Source: Camelus dromedarius
Taxonomy: Eukaryota
Direction of reading: 5' to 3'
DNA: 64,000 nucleotides
Assembly: GCF_036321535.1 (NCBI RefSeq)
Contig: NC_087456.1
Span: 26,970,001 to 27,034,000 of the forward strand
The position numbers were made by a program, and so were the translations under genes. Positions within the stretch are counted from its first letter, which is position 1. Each line of letters starts with the position of its first letter. Shown piece after piece: positions 50,651 through 62,867 of this stretch. A model generated the notes under the pieces. That model made no database searches. It was not told the origin of the DNA and saw only the letters and a program-made list of their open reading frames with translations.

Positions 50651-52020
50651 CTCCTGCCCACAAGGGGCCATGCTGCCTGGATAGTATGTAAATTTCCCAA
50701 CTAAAACCAAGTGTGTGAGACTGAGCGTATGAATGTCTCACCATCCTCATAATGATCAGTCAGCAGTAAGCATGAGCCCTGAGCTGTTTTAGCAAGGGTG
50801 CTGATGGCTGGTACTCTTTCCTGCCTTCTCCTCTGATAAATACATTTTCCAGATGCTATGGAGACTGGACATTCGCTCTGTGACCAGGGAACCCCGCAGG
50901 AAGGACTGACCATGTGGGTATCACCGCTGAACCTTTGGCTCCATCAACCAGTCAAGCTGCCCAGACAGAGTTTCATAGGGAATCGGATTATGCTTTTAGA
51001 ACTAAAGGTACATGAATGTACCTGTAGCGTGTATTCCAGTGAGTCTGAAATAGTTAAGCAGAGAACTTCCAGGTGGCCACAGCTGAAAAGGGTGCTGTTT
51101 ATATCAGATAGAAGGAGGTATGTATATTTCCTCAAGATGGAAGGAGAGGGGAGAAAGTCTTTTTTTTTTTTTTTAATCTCAATCTGGAAGCCATTCTTCC
51201 CAGCAGATCATAAACTGTGTCCCCATAAAACATAGCACATGGTTAGGACAGACAGAGATAGAGATGACAGAACTGAAACGTTTCACAAATCAAAACTGCT
51301 TCCTGGTAACAAACAGGTGGCAGTCAGTCTGCAGAGCCTATTTAAGGAAAGAAATCCTCTTAAATGCTGACTTTGAAAGGTCTGGAAAGTAGCTCTAGTT
51401 TAAGCAATGAGGTCGATAAAGACCTTATGTGAAGTGTGAATTTTGGAGAACGAGAGCTTAGATTTGAGCACTTGGGCATTCTTTGCAATTGTTATTAAAA
51501 GCCCTTACACAAGGAAATGATTTCACTCCATCCTGACATGACAATTGGACACACAGAAAAAAAGGATGAAAGAAGAAGAATATAGGGCATTTCCTAAAGC
51601 TAACCATGGAAAAGAGTTTCAAAGTTTAATAACTAGGAAAAAAAAGTGTGGAAGTTCATATCCCCACTCTGTCATTTGTAATTGCTTGTACTATCTTTGC
51701 ACTAATACGAAATCATTCCCATCCGTGGTATAAATTCAGTCATTCTCAAATAATCCTTTCACAGTCATTATGAAGTTTCTGCTTAGTTTGAATAAAAGTA
51801 CACAGAGAGATAAAGGCCTCTGTAGACAAGGTCAGCCAGCTGCCTGTCAAGAGACCTCCGAGGGAGCAATCGCCAGGTCCAGAATACGCTCCTTAAATTC
51901 AGAAATGTGATTTTGACCCTATATCAAGACAGTGTTCATGTCTGAGGGTTAGACTCATGGTACCACAGCTAGCAAAGGACTGATGTATAAATAAGGAGTG
52001 TGCTTAAGAGTGTGGGCTTA

Positions 52021-52180
52021 AGGGGGGAGGGTACAACTCAGAGGTAGAGTGCATGCCGAGCACGCATGAGGTCCTGGGTTCAATCACCAGGACCTCCATT
52101 AAATAGATAAATAACATAAATCCTCCCCCCAAAAAAAACAAAAAACAGCCCCCCCAAAACAAAACAAACAAACAGACAAA
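52021..52180 (+). mobile_element. tRNA-Ala-derived SINE (Vic-1-like) with 15-bp TSD
   Basis: GGGAGGGTACAACTCAGAGGTAGAG...GGTCCTGGGTTCAATCACCAGG; A/C-rich tail; exact TSD AAGAGTGTGGGCTTA at 52006-52020 and 52181-52195. Confidence 0.95.
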
Positions 52181-52195
52181 AAGAGTGTGGGCTTA

Positions 52196-52350
52196 GAGTT
52201 TGAATCCTGGCCCATCCACTTAGCTGTATAATCTCCACAAGCCCTTTTTCTCTCCCCACCTGCCAAGTAGAGATAATAACTTGCTTTAAAGGTCATCCTT
52301 TTGAGATTATTTGGGAAATGTATGTAAACTGCTGGTCATAGAGTAAGCGC
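52196..52350 (+). mobile_element. MIR SINE (its 5' part is the target of the young SINE)
   Basis: GAGTTTGAATCCTGGCCCATCCACTTAGCTGTATAATCT...GAGATAATAAC...TTGAGATTATTTGGG. Confidence 0.65.
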
Positions 52351-53049
52351 TGGATAAACGGTGGCTACAGACAGCTGGATGTACAGTGAGTGATGCTCTC
52401 ACTGTTCTAGGATCCAGGTCTTGGATATAGATGTTCAGTTTCTGGACCATTAGCCCCCTCTTACTTAACTGTCCCCTTTTGCCCAAAAGGCATTTTCTCA
52501 GAAAAGATAAAACACAATTGATCAGGCTTGTGCATACTACATCAAAAATCACACCCTAGTCTTGTATTTTGGAGATAATAGTTGTATCAGCTCATCTGGA
52601 CTCTCGGGTGTCCCCTCAGCTGGCATATTTACAGGCATCTCCTTGGTAGACACTCACAGTGCTTAGTCACATGGTCACATTTTAATCTCTCAGTAGCCAA
52701 CCTTATTTGCTTTCTTTCCAAATTGTTTAGGAGAATTTCACTCCCACCCTCAAGCCCTGCCAATAGTCCCCAGTTAAGGACTCTGAGTTATGCTTGCAGA
52801 CAGACCCCCAGCTTAGATGGCCCAACCTGAGAGTGACATTTATTTTTGTAGTAAATAGTGTGAACAGCCCAGATAACTAGTCCAGACGGCTGCCATATAC
52901 AAAGGCTTTCCCTAACCTAGTGTGTTTCAGATACATTTTAAGAAAAAGATAGGCATTATTTTCCCGTGCACGCGCATACTCAAACATCTGTTCTAAAATA
53001 TCAAACTGAATGGTACCCACCGATTCCTAATGAAGACTGGCAGGTGTCT

Positions 53050-53200
53050 AGGAGTAAAGCACTTCTCTGTGTCTGTTTCCCCACCACTAAAACAAGGCTA
53101 ACAGAGCCTACTTCATACGCTGTGTGAGAACTGACTGGGAGGGTCTGTATAAAGCACTAGTGCAGGGTCTGGCATAGACTGAGAAGACTCCATAAATGAT
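53050..53200 (+). mobile_element. MIR SINE fragment
   Basis: CTTCTCTGTGTCTGTTTCCCCACCACTAAAACAAGG...GTATAAAGCACTAGTGCAGGGTCTGGCATAG. Confidence 0.65.
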
Positions 53201-53574
53201 AGGGATGGTGGCAGTGGTAGAGACCACGGTGATGGAGAGAAATGAAACATATCATAAACCTTCTTCTCCATTAAGGCCATTTGTGTTTCCCAGCCATATA
53301 CTATTTCATTGTTCCACTTAATGTAACACTAAAATGCTCCAAAATATGTTTGTCGTCTGTCTCAGAAACACCTCTTAGGGTTGATTTTCTTGTGCTTATT
53401 CATGCTATTCACAAGGCTGTTTTCACATTTTGTGCCCCATGCACATTCCCTCATGGCTAATGGGTAGAAATTAAAATACTTATGGAAAAATTTTGCAAAG
53501 CAGCAAGACCTAGAGCTTAAGATCTGGGATATGCTACTAACTGCTTATTAACATTATAAAAGATAATTGATATT

Positions 53575-54680
53575 TATTATTTATTAAGAAACTTTATTTT
53601 ATACAGCAGTTTTAGGCTCACAGTAAAACCTAAAAGCAGAAAGTATGGCGCTTCTATATACCCCTGCCCCCCGCCACATGAACAGCCTCCCCCATGATCA
53701 ACATCCCAACCCAGAGGGGTGCATTTGTTACAACTGATGGACCTATACGGTATTCTCACCAAAAGCCCATGGTTTACATTAGGGTTCATTCACTATTGGT
53801 GTTGTAGGTTCTATGGGTTTTGACAAATGTATGACATACAGCCATGATTATAGCATCGTACAGAATATTTTCCCTTCCCTAAAAATCTTCTGTACTCTAC
53901 CTATTTATCCCTCTTGNNNNNNNNNNNNNNNNNNNNNNNNNNNNNNNNNNNNNNNNNNNNNNNNNNNNNNNNNNNNNNNNNNNNNNNNNNNNNNNNNNNN
54001 NNNNNNNNNNNNNNNNNNNNNNNNNNNNNNNNNNNNNNNNNNNNNNNNNNNNNNNNNNNNNNNNNNNTTTTACAGCTCCATTACTTTTCCATTAGCCTAC
54101 TGAGTGACCTCTTGGTTGCTTCCAAGTGTTAAGAATTATGAATAAAGCTGCTATAAACATCCATGTGCAGTATTTGTATAGACATAAGTCTTCAATTCTT
54201 TTGAGTAAATACCATGGAGTGTAATTGCTGGATTGTATGTAGGAATATGCTTGGTTCTGTAAGAAATTGCCAGGCTGTATTCCAAAGTGGCTGTACCATT
54301 TTGTACCCACCAGCAATGAAAGAGTGTTCTTATTGCTCCGTATTCTTACCAGCATGTGTTGTTGTCTGTGTTTTGGACTTTTGGCCATTCTAGTAAATGT
54401 GTAGTGTTATCTTATTTTAATTTGTGATTCTCTTGTGTGCGTTTTGGCAGATAGTGTCTTTTAAATAATTTTTCCATTTTATCTAGTTATCAAATTTGTG
54501 GGCACAGGGTTGTATAATAATAAATACCATAATAATATTCCTTTATTAAACTTTTAATATGTCCATGGGCTATGTCCTCGCTTCCATTTCTGATATTAGT
54601 AATTTGTGTTTTCTCTCTCTCTCTCTTTTTTTTTTTTTTTTGGTTAGCTTGGCTAATGGTTTATCAATTTTGTTGAAATA
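53575..54680 (-). mobile_element. L1MB-type 3' end and ORF2 end, antisense, containing N-run 53917-54067
   Basis: CAGCAGTTTTAGGCTCACAG...GGTTTACATTAGGGTTCA...GGTTTTGACAAATGTATGAC; AATAAAGCTGCTATAAACATCC...CCAAAGTGGCTGTACCATTTTG. Confidence 0.85.
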
Positions 54681-55139
54681 TATCTGAAAGACAAATGGAT
54701 AAGCAAATAAGTAATTCCTTCAGATCCCCCATATCCTAAAGTCTACAGACACCATTAATATATCCAGACATGTTTCATATCAAAATCCAATCTGAAAGCA
54801 AACAAATTCTTTCTTTATCTTAAAGATAAAGAGAATACATATGAAGCAGAAGCATCTGATTTGTAAAAGTTTTACGTGACGTCCCAGTACCCAGGCAGGT
54901 ACAGTAGTTTTCTTCATCGAGCCTAGGTTCTCCTTGTAGCCTCCATGAGGTATTTTTGCCCCCTGTCTCTGCTCTCTGATAAATCTTGCCGGAGAGGTTT
55001 CATTTGAATTGCAGGCATATACACCATTTCTTCTGTACTTCATGCTACAAGTAAGATGCACACTTTTAAAAGTAAATCTTTTTCTTTGGATAGTGCCAAT
55101 TCATCCATATTCTCCTTTGTTCCTCTTGTCACTTCTGGC

Positions 55140-55340
55140 GCATAATTGTCCAGGGCCGGTCAGGATGGGGGATGTAATATTCAGCTCTTGAGCACGGACA
55201 CAATTAATCACAAGATCAATTCTGGGCCATGTTCTAAACTAAACAACTAAGCTAACCAGCCCTAACAATTGGCTGTTCTAATTACCCCTGAAGTAATTAG
55301 TTGAATAAAATAGTGCGGCTGGTTATTTTTTCATTGTATA
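55140..55340. promoter_or_regulatory. Candidate homeodomain-site cluster
   Basis: TAATTG 55143, CAATTAATCA 55201, CTAATTA 55278 and TAATTAG 55294 within 160 bp of repeat-free sequence. Confidence 0.4.
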
Positions 55341-58300
55341 GTATCAAGCAATTATTTTTACTTTTATCCATATTCTACTGAACTTCTATTTTAAAGCTAA
55401 AGAATTAAAACAAAAACTTTTGTGCAATGGAGGACAGGAGAAATTTGTTCTGTAATACCTCAGACATCTAGAATTCAACTGAATGGCAGAGATCTTAACT
55501 ACCTTTTGGTTAGGTCAAACCAACGCACTGGGGTATTTGCAAATGTCTGGAAACAAGACATAAAGGTAGATTATTATTTAGGCTCATGCATATTTATGTG
55601 TCATTGTACATGCACATTTGCATAAATGTATTGTACATGTACAGTTACACAATAGTGCATAATAGTTCCAACTATTTTAGGAAAAAAAGAGGTGAATGCT
55701 ACTATTTTACTAATTATTGTTATTTCATTTTTTTCCTTTAAATACTTTCTCTGGAGACCAAAAAAGCTAAAAAAGTGGAGGAAAAGTCATAATGTCTCCA
55801 GTAGGGTATCTTCATTGGTCATCACAATTCCTGATAAGAATTATCATCTTGTTGTTTGCTTGTCTGTATGTGTGTGTGTAAGATTTTTGTTTCACTTTGT
55901 AATACACCTGCCATACACCAGTACTGTGAAAATCTGAGCATGATTACTCTCAAACAATTCCATCAGACACTGAATGTGAGCAGAAATAAGGGTGATTTTT
56001 TTTTAATGTGCTTATGTTAGTCCCTTGGTTTGGGGTCCCTCTGCTTCCTAGTCACCCTGACTTGATGACTGCAATTTAAAATGTACAGTTGTCTTGTTAG
56101 AAAAAATTGCCTGAGTGACTGAATACCATCAGATCCAGTTTCCTTCTGATTTCAATTTGACATCATGGTACTTGCTGTTTACAGACCACTGGGATTCAGA
56201 GAGAATCACACATGAAATAGAGTTTAGGTAAGATTAGATGCAGAAACTTGCTGTGGATAGTTGAAAGTGGCCTTTGCACTGCTCATACAACATCTTCCGG
56301 AAGCAAACATCTTCCCGAACTGCCCTTGTGGGATCTCCCATCATCACTACACGCCAGTGTGGTAAGGTCTTAGCTCACTCCATTCAAAAGTATTACTTCT
56401 ATCATTTGTCAAGCAGTGAAGACAGATGACATAAAGGCAATGTGTCTAATGAAAAGTTTTTCTTTTAAGTCACTAAGCAAATTATCAGAAGAATGTGGAT
56501 GACAATATCTTTTCCCGAAATATATAGTTGAACCTCCAAGGCTCCTTTCTCTGAATAATTCTTTCATTATATTTTATACACTGATAATCCATTATTATAA
56601 TTTAAAAGATGTAACCAGGGAGGCAGGCTACTTCAAATATTCCAAAATTCTCAAAAGAAATAGGTGGTTGTCAGCCAGTTAGGTGCCAAGGACCTGAAGG
56701 ACACAGGAAGATTCATGTATCTTTGAAGTCTATATGGTTCTNNNNNNNNNNNNNNNNNNNNNNNNNNNNNNNNNNNNNNNNNNNNNNNNNNNNNNNNNNN
56801 NNNNNNNNNNNNNNNNNNNNNNNNNNNNNNNNNNNNNNNNNNNNNNNNNNNNNNNNNNNNNNNNNNNNNNNNNNNNNNNNNNNNNNNNNNNNNNNNNNNN
56901 NNNNNNNNNNNNNNNNNNNNNNNNNNNNNAAATCAAACTGCTGACTCCTTTTTTTTTTCCCCTTATCAAAACACCCCAGCATACATCTTACGAGGCAGAG
57001 TAAATCAAAAGAACCAGCTGGAGTTACCAGCTCTTGTTTTTCCCTGGATATCAGGTGTGTGCTGCAATTTTGCAGATCAATTTGTGAGCTGAAATAAGTA
57101 GCTGTGGTCCACTAAACTCAGAAACAAAGCCTTTTGGGCGACGCTCCTGCTAACTTTCCAAAGGCCTTATCTTTGCAAAGGGATATTGTAATTTACCAAC
57201 TGATGGGGATTTTTTCCTGACTAAAGATGTGTGTTGATTATACCTTTATCTGAATTTAAAAAGATCTGGAGGAACTCAGAGGAATACTGAGGATAGGACA
57301 TTGTTCTCTTGTCTTTATCTTTTCTTTCCTTCTAGTTTTACATTTTGCAGATTCTCTGGTAAGTTGATATAAGAAGATTAAAGGGAAGGGCAAAAAAGGG
57401 AAAAAAGGAGAATAAGAATAAGAAAAAAAAAGGTGGAAGGAATTTGGAGAGCAATCTTGTCACATTAAATTTTCCAAAGCATCGACATAGTTACAGCATA
57501 GAGCTGAGAATTTATTGCGACATATACTTCTCCTCGTGCTGCCTCTGCGTATTTATGGAAAAGTTCTGTATTGGGGAATGAAAAATGTCAAACAAGAAAC
57601 TTCAACTGTTACCTGGAGGGGACATTAAACGGTAACTTGGGAGTGATTCACTCCAACTTTTTTTATGGCTGGGAGAAGGAACACCACTTTGACATTTTTT
57701 TTTATAGGGATGTATGCTGAGGCTAAGCACTTACAAGAGAGAGGCAGTTGAGATTAGATGCGGTAAGAGAAAATGAGTACGTATCTGGGGATTAACCCGC
57801 ATTTGTGCTCTACAGGGAGGCAGGCAGGCTAGGCGCTCACTTGGAAGGCACCACTCCGGTGAAAAGCCATCAATTCTGAATGAAATTACTTAGGGTGAAA
57901 TCGCACATCTGCAGGTGGCATCCTCGGCGCTGCGCTCCGGGTTTCTTGCTCCCTGCAGCCGGGATGTGACTGTCCTGGTTGGAAGATCTCTCTTGAATAG
58001 GCTTGTCTCCTGTGAACGGGCCCAGAGTCCTCAAAACAGCCACTAGTTTCCTTTGCCCTCGCCTTAAGAGCTCCACGCAGCGGGGTAAACCCACTCCTCT
58101 CTCTCAGATCTGGGACCCTGGAGTTTGCGGTTGAGCCTCGGAGAGCCCGGGGCGCAGGCGGGCGAGGAGGATGGGAGGAGGAAGGCCAGAACCGGAAAAG
58201 GCAGCGGCTGCGCGTTCTCTCCACCGGGATTCTCGGCCACCGCTTCTGTTCACTAATAGAGAACCCTGCCCATTCAAAAAAGCCAGGTTCCAGCCTTCAG

Positions 58301-59545
58301 CTCAGGCCCAGGGCAGGCTGGGTAGCAATGGCCTTGGGGGTCTTCCCTCCTATTCTCCCAACGCCCCCGCTCAGGGTCAAGTCACATTAAAGGATGTCAG
58401 AAGCTTGCTCCAGGAGCCGCTCATTTACTCTTTTGTCTTTGCTGTTTTCCTATTCGCCTATAGGCGAGAAAAACATTCACGGAAGGAGAGCGAACGTTTG
58501 CGGTTTGCACCCCCTCCCGCCCCTCGACGCAGGCAATTCCTCGCACGCATCTGGCGGCGCGGGCCGAGCGCCTTCCGTGCGGCTCATATACATATTTCGA
58601 GGGGGAGCCCAGGCGGCTGNNNNNNNNNNNNNNNNNNNNNNNNNNNNNNNNNNNNNNNNNNNNNNNNNNNNNNNNNNNNNNNNNNNNNNNNNNNNNNNNN
58701 NNNNNNNNNNNNNNNNNNNNNNNNNNNNNNNNNNNNNNNNNNNNNNNNNNNNNNNNNNNNNNNNNNNNNNNNNNNCCCTGAACGTGAAATAGCAATGGCA
58801 AATAAGGGAAAAGTCATTAGAAGACGTAATTAAATGTGGGCCGCCGTTCTTGAAGGGGGTTGGGCTGGGGGAAAAATTTTCCCTAAATCTATATATTTCA
58901 AAAATAAATAGCAAATTGATTTTTTTTTTCCTGCAGGACGTGCAGGCACGAGATCCGTTTCCTTGCGTTCCCACCCCATGTATATTAAACAGCCGGCGAG
59001 CGGCGGCCGCGCGGCGCGGTGACCTAGCGAGCGCCGGGAGTCCCCGGCCTCCGCGCGGGTCCCGGCGCCGCCGCCGCACTCGCCGACGATCGCGGAGGGG
59101 CCTCTTGCAGCCAGATTGGTTTCTACATCCAGGGATAATTACCGCACGCTCACTTGCATGGCGTCCTTTGCATTTTCCAAAGTGCTGGGAATGGGAGTGT
59201 GTGTGTGTGGTGACAGAGTCATTCTAGATAAAATAGATTCATATGAATAGTAAAAGTGTTGGTGGAGACAATATCACCATCGCCCCCAGCGGAGAAGCCG
59301 GTCCAGGTTCCAAGCCCGAGGCTGCTTCTGCCGGCTCGCGCCTGCCCGCAGTTTTCTACCTTATTTAGTTCCTTGCACTCGGGTCCCAGGCCTCAACCAG
59401 TTTGCTTCTATTTGTCTTTTAATTTGGACTGACTCATTTAATGTTTTTTTTCCCCTCATCTTAAAGAGCCAAAGGCCCCGATCTGTTACCCTCCATTCTC
59501 CCCTCTATCCACAAACATGGGGGCATGAGCGCCTGTGCGCGTGTA

Positions 59546-59548
<3 letters not shown>

Positions 59549-59598
<50 letters not shown>
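59549..59598. repeat. (AC)25 microsatellite
   Basis: Perfect AC run inside the CpG island region. Confidence 0.97.
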
Positions 59599-59599
<1 letters not shown>

Positions 59600-62500
59600 A
59601 CTCTGCAACTTCCTCACCTCACGGGGCTTGCGGAAGCCACATGAGGACTCGGTGCCCAACTGGCCACCTTGATGCCACCAGAGCCTCTAGTAAACTTGGT
59701 TATCACCCTACACTTGTGTCCTAGGATGGTTTGGTTTCAGGGATGACATGTGATTCCATCACCAACACCACCCAAATGGGGACCGGGGTAGCCATTCTAA
59801 CCAATTAATTCTATGGGTACTATCTAAAGGGCATGCCTTACTGATGACACCTAATGAAGCAAATAATGGACTTGCGGTATCTTGGCTATTCATCTGGTCC
59901 TTCTAGAAACCTGGGTGTTAAGAGATGGATAGTGATGGATGGAGAGAAAGACAAAGAGAAAGGGAGAAGGAACGGGTAAGAAAAGAGGTCAGCTACAGAT
60001 CCTCGGAAACGGATCAGATTTGTAGAGTGTCAGCCTTAAGAAGGCAGTCTGAGCCATAATTTAAACACGGGCAGTACCACTGTTAACTAGTGTCCCACAA
60101 CTGCCCCCCCACCCCCACTCTGCCTCCCCGCTGCTCCCTTCTTTTCTCCCTTTTGTAGGATACAGAAGGTGAATAATGAAACCATTTTGCTAATAGTTTA
60201 TGAGCCATGAGATTGGAAATGTGTATGGATAGACCGGAGCACCAGACTAAAATCATTTGAAAAAAGCGTGAGGCTTGGCAGGGAAAGAAACCCGCCGTGT
60301 CCTCTCTCCCCAGCCCCGAGCGCAATGGGACCGATGAGGTGGCCTCATGCCTCTCCGAACCATCCAAGGGCAGCGGCTTGGCCCGTCCTCCCGCCAGCCT
60401 CTTACCCTCCTCGTCTCCCCGAGGGGCTGGAGCGAGAGGGAGATGAATTGGGGCGATGGCGAGATAGAGCGAGCGGGAGATAATCGTTATCACCAGGATT
60501 TCTCTTCCAGTGATGGGATCTAAAAAGATTTATCACACTGGGCAGCTTTCCCCGAGACAGAAAACAATAGACTTCAACTTTGCACTTAACACACCCACGG
60601 GGACGCCGTCTGTACGTCTGTCATTTCTGTTCCCATAGGGCCTGTTCCCCTAGTACGAACACCCAGAACCTTCGAGAAACGCCACACGACCTCATTTGAT
60701 TCCCACACTCGGCCCGCAAGGAGGTTCCCACCCGCTTTCTTTGCGGAGTTACTACAGTTTCAAGGCGTGGGCTCCAGGGGCGGGGTGTAGGGGGCTTTGC
60801 GGGATCCAGGGGAGTGGTGGGTGGGGTGAAAGGTGAGTTGCTGACCTGGACCCTCTCTTCCCAGTCCACAAAGGGGCCCGCAAAGCCTAGAGAAATCCTC
60901 GAAGCCAGCTCGAAACAGTGGCCCAAGCCAACGGCCCGCAAAAGACCGCCCCACATCTGGCGGAGCGTCCCGAGAGCGAGGGCGCGCGGGCGCGGGCGGG
61001 GGCGGGCTCGCTGGAGGCGCGGGCTCCCAGGCCGGGCTCCCCAGCCAGGTCAGCAATTGGAGCCGGAAGGCCGGGACAGGTACGTAGTCAGGGGAGCGCA
61101 AGCCAGGCGCGAGCGGCCGGGGACGCCGGGGCTCCGTCCATTTGCCTGGGAGCACCCTCACGTTGGCTTGGGCCCGGGGCAGAGAGGCCAGCCCCGCGGG
61201 CTCGGGACCCGGGGGGAAGGGACCGAAGCGCGGCCGTCTGCGCGGCGCCCGGGGGAGCGCGGACTTTTGGTGACTGGAAAGCCGCGCGCGCCCGCCTACG
61301 TGGGGTCGGGGGCGGTGGGCTCACCCAGCAGGGAGAGCGGCCGCTGGAACCCCCTTAGACCTCTGCCTTTCCCCTCTCTTCCCAAACTCGGCTGGATTCT
61401 GAGAAAAACAAAATAACTTTTCCGTTCATGGGGGAGGAAATCGGCGGAAAGTGGTATTAGAAGAAGCGGGAACCCGGCAGCAACGCATCCCCATCCCCCA
61501 ATGCGTGGGGGACCTTCTTCGATTTTCTCTCGAGGGTAGGGGTAGAGGTGAGACACAAGGGGGCAGCTGGTGGTGCTGGGCGGGGGGCAGGCTGGGAAAG
61601 AGAGCACCACGGTTCTCCGGCTCCCCCCATCTCTTCCCCAGCTTGAGGCCGCCTTTAGCCCCCTTGGGCGGGCTTAGCCCCCTACTCTGCAGGCCTTGCG
61701 TTGAGAATGGAGCCTCCAAAGAGAATCAGTGCAACCTCCTTTTACCTGCAGACCCTCACCTGCAGCGGCTTCTATTTCAACAGCTCCCACACTCAGCCCC
61801 ATTGGACTATTCTATTGATTCTGGTTGGTGAGAAATCCAGGATAAATTTAGTGAAGCAACCTCTTGAACTGGGGAGTGTGAAGTGGGGAGCTAATGTCTG
61901 TCGTCCTTGGGGTGGAGTCGGGGGAAGGACGCTTACATTTGAGGAAGCACCTGGAGTAAAAATGAAAATCGTACTAACCCAATCACCATTCGCAATCTGG
62001 CCCTGGCTCAAGGAAAGGGCGGGTGGGCGGCGAGTGGCGGTCACGACTCACAGTCACAGGGATCTCTTCCGGTCGCAGGTGTGCGCGGGCGAAAAGGCGG
62101 CCGGCCCTGTGGAGCTAGCGAGGACAACCCCAGGGCGCCGGCAGGAGGGCGCGCTTCCCTGAGCGCTTGCGGCCCCAAGGCAGGCGCGAACGTGACCCCG
62201 GGGTACGCCTCCGCAGCCCCCGGGGGTCAAGGCCGAGGGTTAACGTAAAGTTGCTGAGAGCCGGCTAATACCCCTGAAGGGTTACAGTTACCCCCGGGAA
62301 AGGAACCTACACTCTAGGAACTCCTCTGTGCCTTCTGCACTCACCCTGTCGCACTTATCTCCCAAACGCGGAGTTACCTAAATTCCCGTCCTGGCTGTCC
62401 AGAAAAACCCCAAATCCTGGCATTCCCCGCTTTCCTTCTGTCACCCCCGTAATCCTCAGGGGAACCCGGCTCCGTGTTCCCCTCCCCCACCCTGCTTCTA

Positions 62501-62847
62501 CTGCCAACCCCTAGAATCCTCACCCTCCTGGGTCTTTGCCCTTCCCAGCTGGTGTTTGAAGTGTCCCGCTGGGTAGAGGGTGGGGGGGGGGATAGCGAAG
62601 GTAGGTGGATAGGGAGGGTCAAAGAGGCAGAGTGCCCCCCCCGCAAAATAACAAAACTACTGGAAACTCTAATAAAACTAAATTCCACCCCCACTCTCCC
62701 GAATCTGCCCCCTTCTGAAATCCTGCCTGGTCAGTGGCCGGGGGTAGGCTAGGGAGGGGGGCTGGGTTGTCTCCCGGAAGGGGGATCTGGCGGCGCAGAT
62801 TTACGCCCGCTCCTCTCATTTGTTAGTTGAGTCCGTCTAAAAGTTCG

Positions 62848-62867
62848 CTATTTATAGGCTACACGTG
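62848..62867. promoter_or_regulatory. MEF2-consensus site (also TATA-like on the minus strand) next to a CACGTG E-box
   Basis: CTATTTATAG at 62848-62857 fits YTA(W)4TAR; CACGTG at 62862-62867. Confidence 0.5.

Noticed and set aside
2723-58775. Idea that the N-runs are precisely masked exons of one gene
   Set aside because: Flanks lack consistent GT/AG (or CT/AC) signals on either strand, and four runs lie inside L1 elements.
58171-58833. 220-aa + strand ORF and overlapping 200-aa minus ORF (58477-59079)
   Set aside because: They span an N-run, have no recognisable domain, and their length is explained by stop-codon depletion in GC-rich DNA.
60760-62162. Many 100-200 aa Arg/Gly/Pro/Ala-rich ORFs on both strands in the CpG island
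   Set aside because: Overlapping ORFs in several frames with low-complexity composition are typical of CpG islands; no homeobox, zinc finger, bHLH or other motif is seen.
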